64,000 nucleotides of DNA from Agromyces sp. (lineage in GTDB: Bacteria; Actinomycetota; Actinomycetes; Actinomycetales; Microbacteriaceae), in contig JAPSJT010000001.1 in assembly GCA_031178045.1 (NCBI GenBank), positions 5,429 through 69,428 on the forward strand, in the 5' to 3' direction. The position numbers and the translations under genes were made by a program. This document shows, piece by piece, positions 19,613 to 29,313 of the stretch. The notes beneath the pieces were generated by a model. That model was not told the origin of the DNA. It did no database searches and worked only from the letters and a program-made list of their open reading frames with translations. Positions within the stretch are counted from its first letter, which is position 1. Each line of letters opens with the position of its first letter.

Positions 19613-21127
19613 TCACTTGACGTCTTCGTCAACCCAGTCGAAGGTCTTCGAAACCGCCTTCTTCCAGAGCCGGATCTGTCGGTCGCGTTCCTCTGCGGGC
19701 ATCTGGGGCTCCCAGCGGGAGTCCTCCTGCCAGTTGGCGCGCAGCTCGTCGAGGCTCGACCAGAATCCGACGGCGAGGCCGGCTGCGTACGCGGCTCCCA
19801 GGGCCGTGGTCTCGGCCACCACGGGGCGTACCACCGGCACTCCGAGGATGTCGGCCTGGAACTGCATGAGCGTGTTGTTCGCGATCATGCCGCCGTCGAC
19901 CTTCAGCTCGGTGAGGTCCACGCCGGAGTCCGCGTTCACCGCTTCGAGCACCTCGCGGGTCTGGAACGCCGTCGCCTCCAGCGCCGCCCGCGCGATGTGA
20001 CCCTTGTTCACGTACCGCGTGAGGCCGACGAGCGCCCCACGAGCATCCGATCGCCAGTATGGAGCGAAGAGGCCGGAGAAGGCCGGGACGAAGTACGCGC
20101 CGCCGTTGTCCTCGACGGTCTTGGCGAGTTCCTCCACCTCGGGCGCGCTCGAGATGAGGCCCAGGTTGTCGCGCAGCCACTGGATGAGGGAACCCGTCAC
20201 GGCGATCGAGCCCTCGAGCGCGTAATGCGCCGGCTGCTCTCCGAGCTTGTAGCCGAGCGTCGTGAGCAGGCCGTTCTTCGAGTGGACGATCTCGGTGTCC
20301 GTGTTGAAGATGAGGAAGTTGCCGGTGCCGTAGGTGTTCTTCGATTCGCCCGCATCGAACGCGGCCTGTCCGAAGGTCGCGGCCTGCTGGTCGCCGAGGA
20401 TCCCGGCCACCGGAACCTCGCGGAGCAGGCTCGAGGGCTCGACCGTTCCGTACACCTCGGAGGAGGACTTGATCTCGGGCATCATCGAGCGGGGGACCCC
20501 GAACGCCTCGAGGATGTCGTCGCGCCAGCTCAGGGTCTCGAGGTCCATGAACATCGTGCGGCTCGCGTTCGTGACATCTGTCGCGTGCACGCCGCCGTCG
20601 ACGCCGCCGGTCAGGTTCCAGAGCACCCACGAGTCGGTCGTGCCGAACATCAGGTCGCCGGCCTCCGCCCGCTCGCGGGCGCCCTCGACGTTCTCGAGGA
20701 TCCAGACGATCTTGGTGCCCGAGAAGTAGGTCGCGAGGGGGAGCCCGACGTCGTGCTTGAAGCGCTCGACGCCGCCGTCGGCCGCGAGGCGGTCGACGAT
20801 CGGCTGCGTTCGGGTGTCCTGCCAGACGATCGCGTTGTACACGGGCTCGCCCGTGTTGCGGTCCCAGACGACCGCGGTCTCGCGCTGGTTCGTGATTCCG
20901 ACGGCCGCGATGTCGTGGCGGGTGATGTCGGCGCGGCTGAGCGCCTGGCCGATCACCTCCCGCGTGTTGCGCCAGATCTCCATCGGGTCGTGCTCGACCC
21001 AGCCGGCCCTCGGGAAGATCTGCTCGTGCTCGAGCTGACCGGTCGAGACGATGGAACCGGACTTGTCGAAGACGATCGAGCGTGTGCTCGTCGTGCCCTG
21101 GTCGATCGCCAGGATGTAGTCGGCCAT
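19613..21127 (-). CDS. glpK: glycerol kinase
   Basis: 504 aa. '[13 protein letters not shown]', '[16 protein letters not shown]' and 'LKVDGG' are FGGY kinase/GlpK signatures. Confidence 0.95.
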   Translation of the reverse strand: MADYILAIDQGTTSTRSIVFDKSGSIVSTGQLEHEQIFPRAGWVEHDPMEIWRNTREVIGQALSRADITRHDIAAVGITNQRETAVVWDRNTGEPVYNAIVWQDTRTQPIVDRLAADGGVERFKHDVGLPLATYFSGTKIVWILENVEGARERAEAGDLMFGTTDSWVLWNLTGGVDGGVHATDVTNASRTMFMDLETLSWRDDILEAFGVPRSMMPEIKSSSEVYGTVEPSSLLREVPVAGILGDQQAATFGQAAFDAGESKNTYGTGNFLIFNTDTEIVHSKNGLLTTLGYKLGEQPAHYALEGSIAVTGSLIQWLRDNLGLISSAPEVEELAKTVEDNGGAYFVPAFSGLFAPYWRSDARGALVGLTRYVNKGHIARAALEATAFQTREVLEAVNADSGVDLTELKVDGGMIANNTLMQFQADILGVPVVRPVVAETTALGAAYAAGLAVGFWSSLDELRANWQEDSRWEPQMPAEERDRQIRLWKKAVSKTFDWVDEDVK

Positions 21128-21188
21128 GACTTCCTCTCAATATGCGGACCCACCGGATCGGCGAGTCCCTTCTTCATGCAGATGGAAC

Positions 21189-21214
21189 GGGGCCGGCCCT
21201 CGCGGACCGGCCCC
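21189..21214 (-). other. intercistronic GC-rich stem-loop between glpF and glpK
   Basis: GGGGCCGG-N10-CCGGCCCC lies within the 95-nt glpF-glpK spacer. It could be a partial terminator or an mRNA processing/stability element. Confidence 0.35.
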
Positions 21215-21222
21215 AGGAGTTG

Positions 21223-22005
21223 TCAACCGAGGAGCGGCAGGAGCGGGATGGCGAGCCATCCGGCGATGAGTCCGCCGATGATCGGGCCCACGACGGGAAC
21301 CCAGGAGTACGACCAGTCGCTCGCACCCTTGCCGCGGATCGGGAGGATCGCGTGGGCGATGCGCGGACCGAGGTCGCGGGCGGGGTTGATGGCGTACCCG
21401 GTCGGGCCACCGAGCGAGACGCCGATGCCGATCACGAGCAGGGCGACCGGCAGCGCGCCGAGCGCGGCGAGGCCCGAGGCATCCCCTTGCCGGCCGAACC
21501 CGATGACGACGAAGACGAGCACGAAGGTGCCGATGATCTCGGTGATGAGGTTCCAGGCGTAGTTGCGGATGCCAGGACCCGTCGAGAACACCCCGAGCTT
21601 CGACGCCGGCAGCGGCTCCTCGTCGAAGTGCTGCTTGTACGCGAGCCAGACGATGACCGCGCCGAGGATCGCGCCGAGCAGCTGAGCGCCGATGTAGGAG
21701 AGCACCGAGACGGCGTTGACGGGAACGGTCGTGTCGAAGGCGGGGTTGCCGAACTCGGTCGCGCCGTTGGCGACGAGGCCCAGCGTGACCGCCGGGTTGA
21801 TGTGAGCGCCGGACGCATAGGCGACGACGACGCCCGCGAAGACCGCGAAGCCCCAGCCGATCGTGACCATGAGGAATCCGCCGCCGAAGCCCTTCGTCTT
21901 GGCGAGGGCGACGTTGGCCACCACACCGCAACCGAGCAGCACGAGCATCGCCGTGCCGACGAGTTCGGCGAGGAACAACACTCCGAGATTGTCCACGTTG
22001 ACCAT
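21223..22005 (-). CDS. glpF: MIP/aquaporin family glycerol uptake facilitator
   Basis: Start taken at the internal ATG ([19 protein letters not shown]) of ORF 21223..22056. Two NPA boxes are present (HINPAVT, AINPARD). Confidence 0.9.
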   Translation of the reverse strand: MVNVDNLGVLFLAELVGTAMLVLLGCGVVANVALAKTKGFGGGFLMVTIGWGFAVFAGVVVAYASGAHINPAVTLGLVANGATEFGNPAFDTTVPVNAVSVLSYIGAQLLGAILGAVIVWLAYKQHFDEEPLPASKLGVFSTGPGIRNYAWNLITEIIGTFVLVFVVIGFGRQGDASGLAALGALPVALLVIGIGVSLGGPTGYAINPARDLGPRIAHAILPIRGKGASDWSYSWVPVVGPIIGGLIAGWLAIPLLPLLG

Positions 22006-22214
22006 CCATCCTTTTCGCTTGGCCCGAGGGCTTCGCCCATGGGCGGAACACTGCACACATTACTCAGGCCGCGTGCCGGGCCGGAAGGGCGCGCGGGAAA
22101 TCGCCTCCCGCCCCTTACGGCGAGCCATCGCTCGGGCGTAGGTTTGCGGAGAGTGCTGGATCGGCGCCGATGCACGGTCGCGCGGCGTGCGGCAGCCATG
22201 GGGAAGGGACCTCC

Positions 22215-23216
<1,002 letters not shown>

Positions 23217-23226
23217 GAGGCGACGA

Positions 23227-23874
23227 GTGGCACTCGACATCACGTGGGCGGTCGACTGGGTACGGCGAAGCGCGGCGGTGATCTCCGAGCATCGCGTCGA
23301 GCTGCTGACGCTCGATCGTGAGATCGGTGACGGCGATCACGGCGAGAACATGGATCGCGGCTTCCAGGCGGTGCTCCCGAAGCTCGATGACCTGCCCGCC
23401 GGTTCCACACCGGGTGATGTGCTGAAGCTCGTCGCGACGACGCTCATCTCGACCGTCGGGGGAGCTGCCGGTCCGCTCTACGGCACCGCGTACCTGAAGG
23501 GGGCGGTCGCCGCCGGGCCGGCGACATCCCTCGACGGAGCTGCCATCGCCGCCCTGCTCGCGGCGGCTCGCGACGGCATCGTGACCCGCGGGAAGGCGGA
23601 ACCCGGCGACAAGACCATGATCGACGCCTGGACGCCGGCCGTCGACGCGGCCGAGGCGGCAGCGAACGACGGCGGCAGTGCCGCCGACGTGCTCGCCGCC
23701 GCGGCGGATGCTGCCCGGTCGGGAGCGGAGGCGACCGAACCTCTCGTCGCCCGAAAGGGTCGGGCGAGCTATCTCGGCGAGCGCTCGGCCGGCCACCGCG
23801 ATCCCGGAGCGCAATCGACCGCCCTGCTGCTGCAGGCCGCCGCGGATGCCGCGAACGCGGCGGCGGGGGCGTGA
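23227..23874 (+). CDS. dhaL: dihydroxyacetone kinase ADP-binding subunit DhaL
   Basis: GTG start after an AGGAGG SD. 'LDREIGDGDHGENM' and 'ARKGRASYLGERS' motifs. Confidence 0.9.
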   Translation: MALDITWAVDWVRRSAAVISEHRVELLTLDREIGDGDHGENMDRGFQAVLPKLDDLPAGSTPGDVLKLVATTLISTVGGAAGPLYGTAYLKGAVAAGPATSLDGAAIAALLAAARDGIVTRGKAEPGDKTMIDAWTPAVDAAEAAANDGGSAADVLAAAADAARSGAEATEPLVARKGRASYLGERSAGHRDPGAQSTALLLQAAADAANAAAGA

Positions 23875-23875
23875 G

Positions 23876-24586
23876 GTGGGAGGCTCCGGGAAAGTCGGGT
23901 TGGTCTTCGTCTCGCACTCATCGCGCATCGCCGAGGGTCTCGTGGAACTCGCCCGCCAGATGGCTCCGACCGCGACGCTCGTCGCGGCCGGGGGAACCGA
24001 CGACGGCCGGATCGGCACGAGTTTCGATCGGGTGAGCGGCGCGATCGCCGAGGCGGACGCGGGCTCGGGCGTCGTCGTGCTCTGCGACCTCGGCTCGGCG
24101 ATCCTCACCGCCGAGACGGCACTCGACTTCCTCGACGACGAGGTCCGCGCGCGTGTGCGTATCGCCGACGCCCCCCTCGTCGAGGGGGGCGTCGCAGCGG
24201 CGGTCTCCGCGGAGGGCGGCGACGACCTCGACCACGTGCTCGGGGCGGCGGAGTCGGCCCGCGGCGCGGCGTCGGAGATCTCCGATGCGGGCACACCGGC
24301 AGGAACGACCGCGGGGGGCAGCGAGACGTCGCGACACTCGCGCACGGTGACACTCATCAACGCCGACGGACTGCATGCGCGGCCGGCGGCGGAGCTCGTG
24401 AAGCTCGCGAGTACATTCCCGCAGCGCGTCACGGTCAACGGCACCGATGCGAAGAGCCTGCTCGCCATCATGTCCCTCGGCCTGACGAAGGGAGCGACCG
24501 TCGAGATCGCCAGCGACGATCCTGAGGGCGCCCAGGCCGTCGATGCGCTGGCAGCCCTGGCGGAGTCGGGTTTCGGCGAGGCCTGA
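23876..24586 (+). CDS. dhaM: PTS-dependent dihydroxyacetone kinase phosphotransferase subunit DhaM (EIIA-Man-like plus HPr domains)
   Basis: In-frame GTG 2 nt after the dhaL stop. N-terminal 'VGLVFVSHS..IAEG' (EIIA-Man type) and C-terminal 'NADGLHARPAAELV' (HPr-like). Confidence 0.85.
   Translation: MGGSGKVGLVFVSHSSRIAEGLVELARQMAPTATLVAAGGTDDGRIGTSFDRVSGAIAEADAGSGVVVLCDLGSAILTAETALDFLDDEVRARVRIADAPLVEGGVAAAVSAEGGDDLDHVLGAAESARGAASEISDAGTPAGTTAGGSETSRHSRTVTLINADGLHARPAAELVKLASTFPQRVTVNGTDAKSLLAIMSLGLTKGATVEIASDDPEGAQAVDALAALAESGFGEA
24166..24194. repeat. 29-nt perfect palindrome inside dhaM
   Basis: CGACGCCCCCCTCG-T-CGAGGGGGGCGTCG, encoding DAPLVEGGV. Confidence 0.9.
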
Positions 24587-24600
24587 CCGCGAGGGTCGGA

Positions 24601-25365
24601 TCAGTTCCCGCCGGCGACCCGGATGTCGGCACCCGAGGTGTACGAGGCATCCGCTGAGAAGAGATACGCGACCGCGCCCGCGATCTCGTGCACTTCGCCC
24701 GGCCGCCGCATGGGGATGTTCGGTGCGCGTTCGTCGGGCGCGTTCGGGCGGCCGGCAGCGGCGTGGATCTCGGTTCGCGTTGTGCCGGGGGAGACGGTGT
24801 TCACGCGCACGCCGACCGGGCCGAACTCCTTCGACGCGCCGGTGGTGAGCGCGTTCAATGCGGCCTTGCTCATCGAGTACGGAATGTAGGTGTTCGGCGC
24901 ACCGGTCGTCGCCGCCCCCGAGGAGATGTTGACGATGCAGCCGCCCTCGCCGCCGCGATCCGTCGCCATGTGGGCGATGGCGGCACGCGTGAGCACGATG
25001 GGTGCGAGCACGTTGATGCGGAAGACGAGCTCGGATTCCTCGATGGAGCCGTCGAGGAATCCGCCGATCCGCCCGGTGATACCGGCGTTGTTCACAAGCC
25101 CGGTGATCCGCCCGAACTCGGCGAGCGCGGCCGGCACGACGGCGGCCGCCGCCTCGAGGTCGGCGAGATCGACCCGCAGCAGGAGCACCCGGGCACCGGA
25201 TGCCTCGCACGCGCGCGCCACCTCGCGCGCATCGGCTTCGCGATCGCGGTAGGTCAGCACGAGGTCATGACCGTCGGCGGCGAGCCGCTCGGCGATCGCC
25301 GCGCCGATGCCACGGCTCGCGCCCGTGATGATGGTGACCGGGCGGAGGGCGGCATCCGAATGCAT
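24601..25365 (-). CDS. SDR family oxidoreductase
   Basis: Start at the internal ATG (MHSDAALRPVTIITGASRGIG). YSMSK catalytic motif. Confidence 0.85.
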   Translation of the reverse strand: MHSDAALRPVTIITGASRGIGAAIAERLAADGHDLVLTYRDREADAREVARACEASGARVLLLRVDLADLEAAAAVVPAALAEFGRITGLVNNAGITGRIGGFLDGSIEESELVFRINVLAPIVLTRAAIAHMATDRGGEGGCIVNISSGAATTGAPNTYIPYSMSKAALNALTTGASKEFGPVGVRVNTVSPGTTRTEIHAAAGRPNAPDERAPNIPMRRPGEVHEIAGAVAYLFSADASYTSGADIRVAGGN

Positions 25366-25432
25366 GATTCCCAGCCTAGGGCGCCCCTTGGAGGCTGGCG
25401 CGACCCGCGGAAGCGGGCGTACCATCAGCCTC

Positions 25433-25768
25433 ATGGCACGCGACGAGGCGAGCCCGCCTCAGGGCAACACGTTCACACGGTTCTTCGATCGGGTCGACCG
25501 GGCCTTGCTGCCCGTCTTCGGGCCGCCGCCACTGACCGAGGCGGAACAGGACGAGAGCGTTCCGCACGATCAGCGCGCCTGTCCGCTGTGCGGCCATCCG
25601 ATGTTCGAGCACGTCATCGACCATTCGACGCCGAACACGGTGCTCGAGTGTCCCACCGACGAGCGGCTTCCCGAGCACGAGGTGGCCGGGCCGTACAACG
25701 AGCTCGGCATGCCGGCGACCGGGCGACGCCTCGAGAAGTTCGCGGGGCGCCGCACGGCGGGGGAGTAG
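25433..25768 (+). CDS. hypothetical protein with a CxxC..H..H..C motif
   Basis: Internal ATG (MARDEASPPQGN) of ORF 25307..25768, 111 aa. 'CPLCGHPMFEH...LECP' suggests a small metal-binding fold. I recognise no family. Codon usage looks coding. Confidence 0.5.
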   Translation: MARDEASPPQGNTFTRFFDRVDRALLPVFGPPPLTEAEQDESVPHDQRACPLCGHPMFEHVIDHSTPNTVLECPTDERLPEHEVAGPYNELGMPATGRRLEKFAGRRTAGE

Positions 25769-25824
25769 CGCCCGAATCCTCGACGGCGTGAGGGTGTGGA
25801 CGCGGCATCCGATGACCTCGTCGA

Positions 25825-25853
25825 TTGACAAACGATAGATAACTCGCGATAGT
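25825..25853 (+). promoter_or_regulatory. near-consensus sigma-70-type promoter (TTGACA-N17-GATAGT) giving a leaderless DUF2975-HTH transcript
   Basis: TTGACA 25825-25830, a 17-nt spacer, then GATAGT 25848-25853, followed 6 nt later by the ATG at 25860. The inverted repeat TCGATCT-N7-AGATCGA (25853-25873) straddles the start codon. Confidence 0.5.
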
Positions 25854-25859
25854 CGATCT

Positions 25860-26357
25860 ATGCAGAAGATCGATTGGGTGGTCGTTCCCCTCAGGGTGTT
25901 GCTCGTGCTCGTGTTCGTGGGCCTGATCGTGGCCCAGCTCATGAGCCTGCCGGGGGAGTTCTCGCAGATGGCGCGAGAGAACCCCGAGTCCGGCTTCATC
26001 CCGTGGCTGCTGCTGACATTTGCGATCCTGGAAGCGCTGTGCTTCCAAGTCGTCATCGTCTGCACGTGGCGGTTGCTGACGCTCGTCAGGGCTGATCGGA
26101 TCTTCAGTCGGGAGTCCTTCGTGTGGGTCGATGTCATCTCGTGGACGATGGCCGTCGCCTGGGTGCTGCTCGCGGGGGTCTCGGCCTACCTGATCGGAGT
26201 CATCTACTTCACGCCAGAGCTGCGCGATCCGGGTACGCCGATCTTCCTCACCGGCGTGACGCTGATCGCGGGGGTCGTGATGCTGACCGTGGTGGTGATG
26301 CGCGCACTCCTGCATCAGGCCGCGGCACTGCAATCGGACCTGGAAGAAGTCATCTGA
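25860..26357 (+). CDS. DUF2975 domain-containing membrane protein
   Basis: 165 aa with 4 predicted TM helices. ATGA-coupled to a small HTH gene, the usual DUF2975/YozG-type pairing. Confidence 0.7.
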   Translation: MQKIDWVVVPLRVLLVLVFVGLIVAQLMSLPGEFSQMARENPESGFIPWLLLTFAILEALCFQVVIVCTWRLLTLVRADRIFSRESFVWVDVISWTMAVAWVLLAGVSAYLIGVIYFTPELRDPGTPIFLTGVTLIAGVVMLTVVVMRALLHQAAALQSDLEEVI

Positions 26358-26614
26358 TGCCCATCGTGGTGCGGATCGATGTCGCGCTCGCCCAGCGCAA
26401 GATGAGCGTGGGGGAGTTCGCCGACCGAGTGGGACTGACGCCGGCGAATGTGGCGGTGCTGAAGAACGGCAGGGCGAAGGCGGTGCGATTCAGCACGCTC
26501 GACGCCATGTGCCGTGTGCTCGAATGCCAGCCCGGCGACCTGCTCGAATGGGTCGAAGGCGAGCCGGAGCCGGTGACGGAAGAGGGCGTCGCACCGACGG
26601 GGGAGGGAGCCTGA
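26357..26614 (+). CDS. XRE/YozG-type helix-turn-helix transcriptional regulator
   Basis: 85 aa. 'LAQRKMSVGEFADRVGLTPANVAVLKNGRAKAVRFSTLDAMCRVLECQPGDLLE' is a Cro/C1-type HTH. Confidence 0.85.
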   Translation: MPIVVRIDVALAQRKMSVGEFADRVGLTPANVAVLKNGRAKAVRFSTLDAMCRVLECQPGDLLEWVEGEPEPVTEEGVAPTGEGA

Positions 26615-26659
26615 TCGAACTCGAGGCGACGACCTCCCTCACTTTCAAGATATAGGGCA

Positions 26660-26685
26660 CCGGGGGGCTTGCCGCAAGACCCCGG
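26660..26685. promoter_or_regulatory. GC-rich imperfect inverted repeat resembling a rifamycin-associated element (RAE)
   Basis: CCGGGGGGCTTG-CCG-CAAGACCCCGG lies immediately upstream of the HelD/HelR-like gene. The outer arms CCGGGG/CCCCGG and inner arms CTTG/CAAG pair. Confidence 0.45.
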
Positions 26686-26707
26686 TCATGGCCCAGAATC
26701 GTCGACC

Positions 26708-28864
26708 GTGACGGTGACTTCGAGTGCGTTCGCCCTTCCCGACCGACTTGCCGCGAAAGGCGACCCGAGGCTGATCTCGGACGACGAGCGGCAGTTCGCT
26801 GCCATCGAGGAGAGCCTCGAGGGCGCCGTCGCTGAGCTGTCCGACCGACTCGACGCCGTACGGCGGGCTTCGGTCGGCGAAGGCGACGCGGCGCTCGAGC
26901 GAGACCTGGAGATCCACCGGCTGACCGCGCGACTTCGCACCCTGCGCCGTTTCGGCCTGGACCTGTGCCTCGGACGCATGGTGGAGGTCGACAACCCCGA
27001 GCCGGTGTACATCGGTCGATCTGGACTCACCGATCGTTCCGGGCGCCGGCTGCTCGTCGACTGGCGGTCGCAGGCGGCGGAGCCGTTCTTCGGCGCCACC
27101 CACGCTGACCCGATGGGCCTGGCGAGCCGTCGACGTTACCACTGGACGCGGGGCCGCATCAGCGACTACTGGGACGAGGTGTTCGCGCCCGACGCGCTGG
27201 ACGGGCATGCGGCGCTCGACGACCAGTCCGCGTTCATCGCGAGCCTCGGGAGCAGCAGGTCGGACCGTATGCGCGATGTGCTGGCCACCATCCAGGCCGA
27301 TCAGGATGCCATCATCCGAGCGGGTTCCCGAGGAACCCTCGTCGTCGACGGCGGGCCAGGAACGGGCAAGACCGTCGTCGCGCTGCATCGCGCCGCATAT
27401 CTCCTGTACTCGGACCCTCGACTGTCGCACCGCCGCGGAGGTGTGCTTTTCGTCGGCCCGCACCAGGCGTACCTCGACTACGTGTCCGACGTGCTTCCGA
27501 GCCTGGGGGAGGAGGGGGTGACGACGTGTACCGTGCGCGATCTCGTCCCGGAGGGCACCTCCGCTCCGGTGGAGGCGGATCCCGTCGTCGCTGCGCTGAA
27601 GTCCACCACGGCGATGGTCGAGGCGATCGAGAACGCGGTGCGGTTCCATGAGACGCCACCCGCCGGCGGCATGATCGTCGAGACCGAATGGGCCGACATC
27701 GTGCTGAGCGCCGACGACTGGGCCGATGCCTTCGATGCGCGAGAACCCGGCGCCTCGCACAATGAGGCACGTGATCAGGTCTGGGAGCAGCTGCTCGCGA
27801 TACTCGAGGCGAAGCACGACGAGGAGGTCCCCACGGACGTCCTCCGGAGATCACTGATCCAGAACCGGCAGCTGCGAGCAGCGCTCAACCGCGCATGGCC
27901 GATCCTCGATCCCGCCGGCGTGCTCGCAGACCTGTGGTCCATGCCCGCCTACCTCCACGCGAGCGCGCCGTGGCTCGGCGTCGGCGAGGTGGAGGCCCTC
28001 CAGCGCCGCGACGCCCGCGCCTGGACCGTGTCGGACCTGCCCCTCCTCGACACCGCCCGGCAGCGGATCGGTGATCCGGAGGCTTCTCAGCGGGATCGCC
28101 GCCGTGAGGCCGCAATCGCCGTCGAGCGCGAACGCAGGTCACGCGTCATCGACGATCTGATCGCTGCGGACGACTCGGAGATGCTCCTGATGTCGATCCT
28201 CAGGCGACGCGACGCGCAGAACACGCTCGACGACGAGTCGGCGCTGCCGGCGCATCATCCCGACGAGCTCGCCGGACCGTTCGCGCACATCGTGGTGGAC
28301 GAAGCCCAGGAACTGACTGACGCCGAGTGGCGGATGCTGCTGCGCCGATGCCCGTCTCGCAGCTTCACCGTCGTGGGGGACCGCGCGCAGGCGCGGCAGG
28401 GGTTCACGGAATCGTGGCGGGAGCGGCTCGAGCGCGTCGGGCTGGGGAGTATCGACCTCGCCTCGCTGACGATCAACTACCGGACGCCGGAGGAGGTCAT
28501 GGCCGAAGCCGAGCCCGTGATCCGCGCGGTGCTTCCCGACGCCAACGTGCCGATCTCCGTGCGATCGAGCGGAACCCCCGTCACGTACGGCGCCACCGCG
28601 GACCTGGAGTCGATCCTCGAGGGCTGGCTCGCCGCCCATGACCATGGGGTCGCGTGCGTCATCGGCGGCTCGAGCTCCACGCTCGTGCCGTCCGAGCGTG
28701 TGCGAATCCTGACGCCCCAGCTGTCGAAGGGCCTCGAGTTCGACCTCGTCATCGTCGTCGAGCCTGAGTCGTTCGGCAGCGGGATCGAGCGCGCCGTCGA
28801 CCGGTACGTCGCCATGACACGCGCGACGCAGCAGCTCATCGTCCTCTCGAGCGAACGGGAGTGA
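26708..28864 (+). CDS. helR: HelD/HelR-family RNA polymerase-associated ATPase (UvrD-like superfamily 1)
   Basis: ORF 26669..28864. Walker A 'VVDGGPGTGKTVVALHRAAYLL', 'HIVVDEAQELTDAEWRMLLRRCP', 'FTVVGDRAQ', 'INYRTPEEVM', 'KGLEFDLVIVVEP' and 'YVAMTRATQQL'. The start is uncertain: TTG 26669 lies inside the palindrome, so GTG 26708 (or 26714) is preferred. Confidence 0.8.
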   Translation: MTVTSSAFALPDRLAAKGDPRLISDDERQFAAIEESLEGAVAELSDRLDAVRRASVGEGDAALERDLEIHRLTARLRTLRRFGLDLCLGRMVEVDNPEPVYIGRSGLTDRSGRRLLVDWRSQAAEPFFGATHADPMGLASRRRYHWTRGRISDYWDEVFAPDALDGHAALDDQSAFIASLGSSRSDRMRDVLATIQADQDAIIRAGSRGTLVVDGGPGTGKTVVALHRAAYLLYSDPRLSHRRGGVLFVGPHQAYLDYVSDVLPSLGEEGVTTCTVRDLVPEGTSAPVEADPVVAALKSTTAMVEAIENAVRFHETPPAGGMIVETEWADIVLSADDWADAFDAREPGASHNEARDQVWEQLLAILEAKHDEEVPTDVLRRSLIQNRQLRAALNRAWPILDPAGVLADLWSMPAYLHASAPWLGVGEVEALQRRDARAWTVSDLPLLDTARQRIGDPEASQRDRRREAAIAVERERRSRVIDDLIAADDSEMLLMSILRRRDAQNTLDDESALPAHHPDELAGPFAHIVVDEAQELTDAEWRMLLRRCPSRSFTVVGDRAQARQGFTESWRERLERVGLGSIDLASLTINYRTPEEVMAEAEPVIRAVLPDANVPISVRSSGTPVTYGATADLESILEGWLAAHDHGVACVIGGSSSTLVPSERVRILTPQLSKGLEFDLVIVVEPESFGSGIERAVDRYVAMTRATQQLIVLSSERE

Positions 28865-29261
28865 AGTTCGTCGTGCACGGTGACGGGTCAGCCGGTCGTC
28901 CGATCGTCGGAGGCGTCCCGTGCCGTGCTGATGGGGAGTGGCCGAGACCCGCAGACCCGACCGTCGACGCGTAATCCGACATAATGTGCATTATCGGCGT
29001 CCGCCGAGAGGGGTCACGGCGCGTCGCCTGCCGGCGGGTTTCTTGGCATCCGTCGCCATCAGTGCTCTCGGCCACCGCCATCTCGGTCGATCCCTCAAAG
29101 AGATCGAGACGATGGGATTCGAGCGGGCATGGCCGCAGTGGTGCAGCTCGACGTCGCTGCCGATGCGAACGTCGAATCGAGACGCATCGAGGTACGTGAG
29201 CATGTGTCAGGTTCGTACTTCAACGCGAGCCTCGCAGTGGAGAACGGCGTTAGGCACGCAC

Positions 29262-29298
29262 TCACCGACGTGCGATGCGAAACATCGCACGTCGGTGA
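29262..29298 (-). terminator. perfect 16-bp stem-loop 16 nt downstream of the DUF4383 gene stop
   Basis: TCACCGACGTGCGATG-cgaaa-CATCGCACGTCGGTGA. There is no U-tract, as in the tail-less terminators common in actinobacteria. Confidence 0.55.
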
Positions 29299-29313
29299 CG
29301 TGGCAGCGACTGC

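Noticed and set aside
26669-26707. TTG 26669 as the helR start
   Set aside because: The codon lies inside the upstream inverted repeat and has no usable SD. The in-frame GTGs at 26708/26714 are preferred, but this stays uncertain.
28991-29203. 70-aa minus-strand ORF (MLTYLDAS...) as a functional PIN/VapC toxin
   Set aside because: Only the first ~8 residues resemble a PIN N-terminus, and the rest is Arg/Pro-rich junk. There is no SD or partner antitoxin ORF, since the upstream frame is closed by a stop and overlaps a terminator hairpin. At best it is a remnant.
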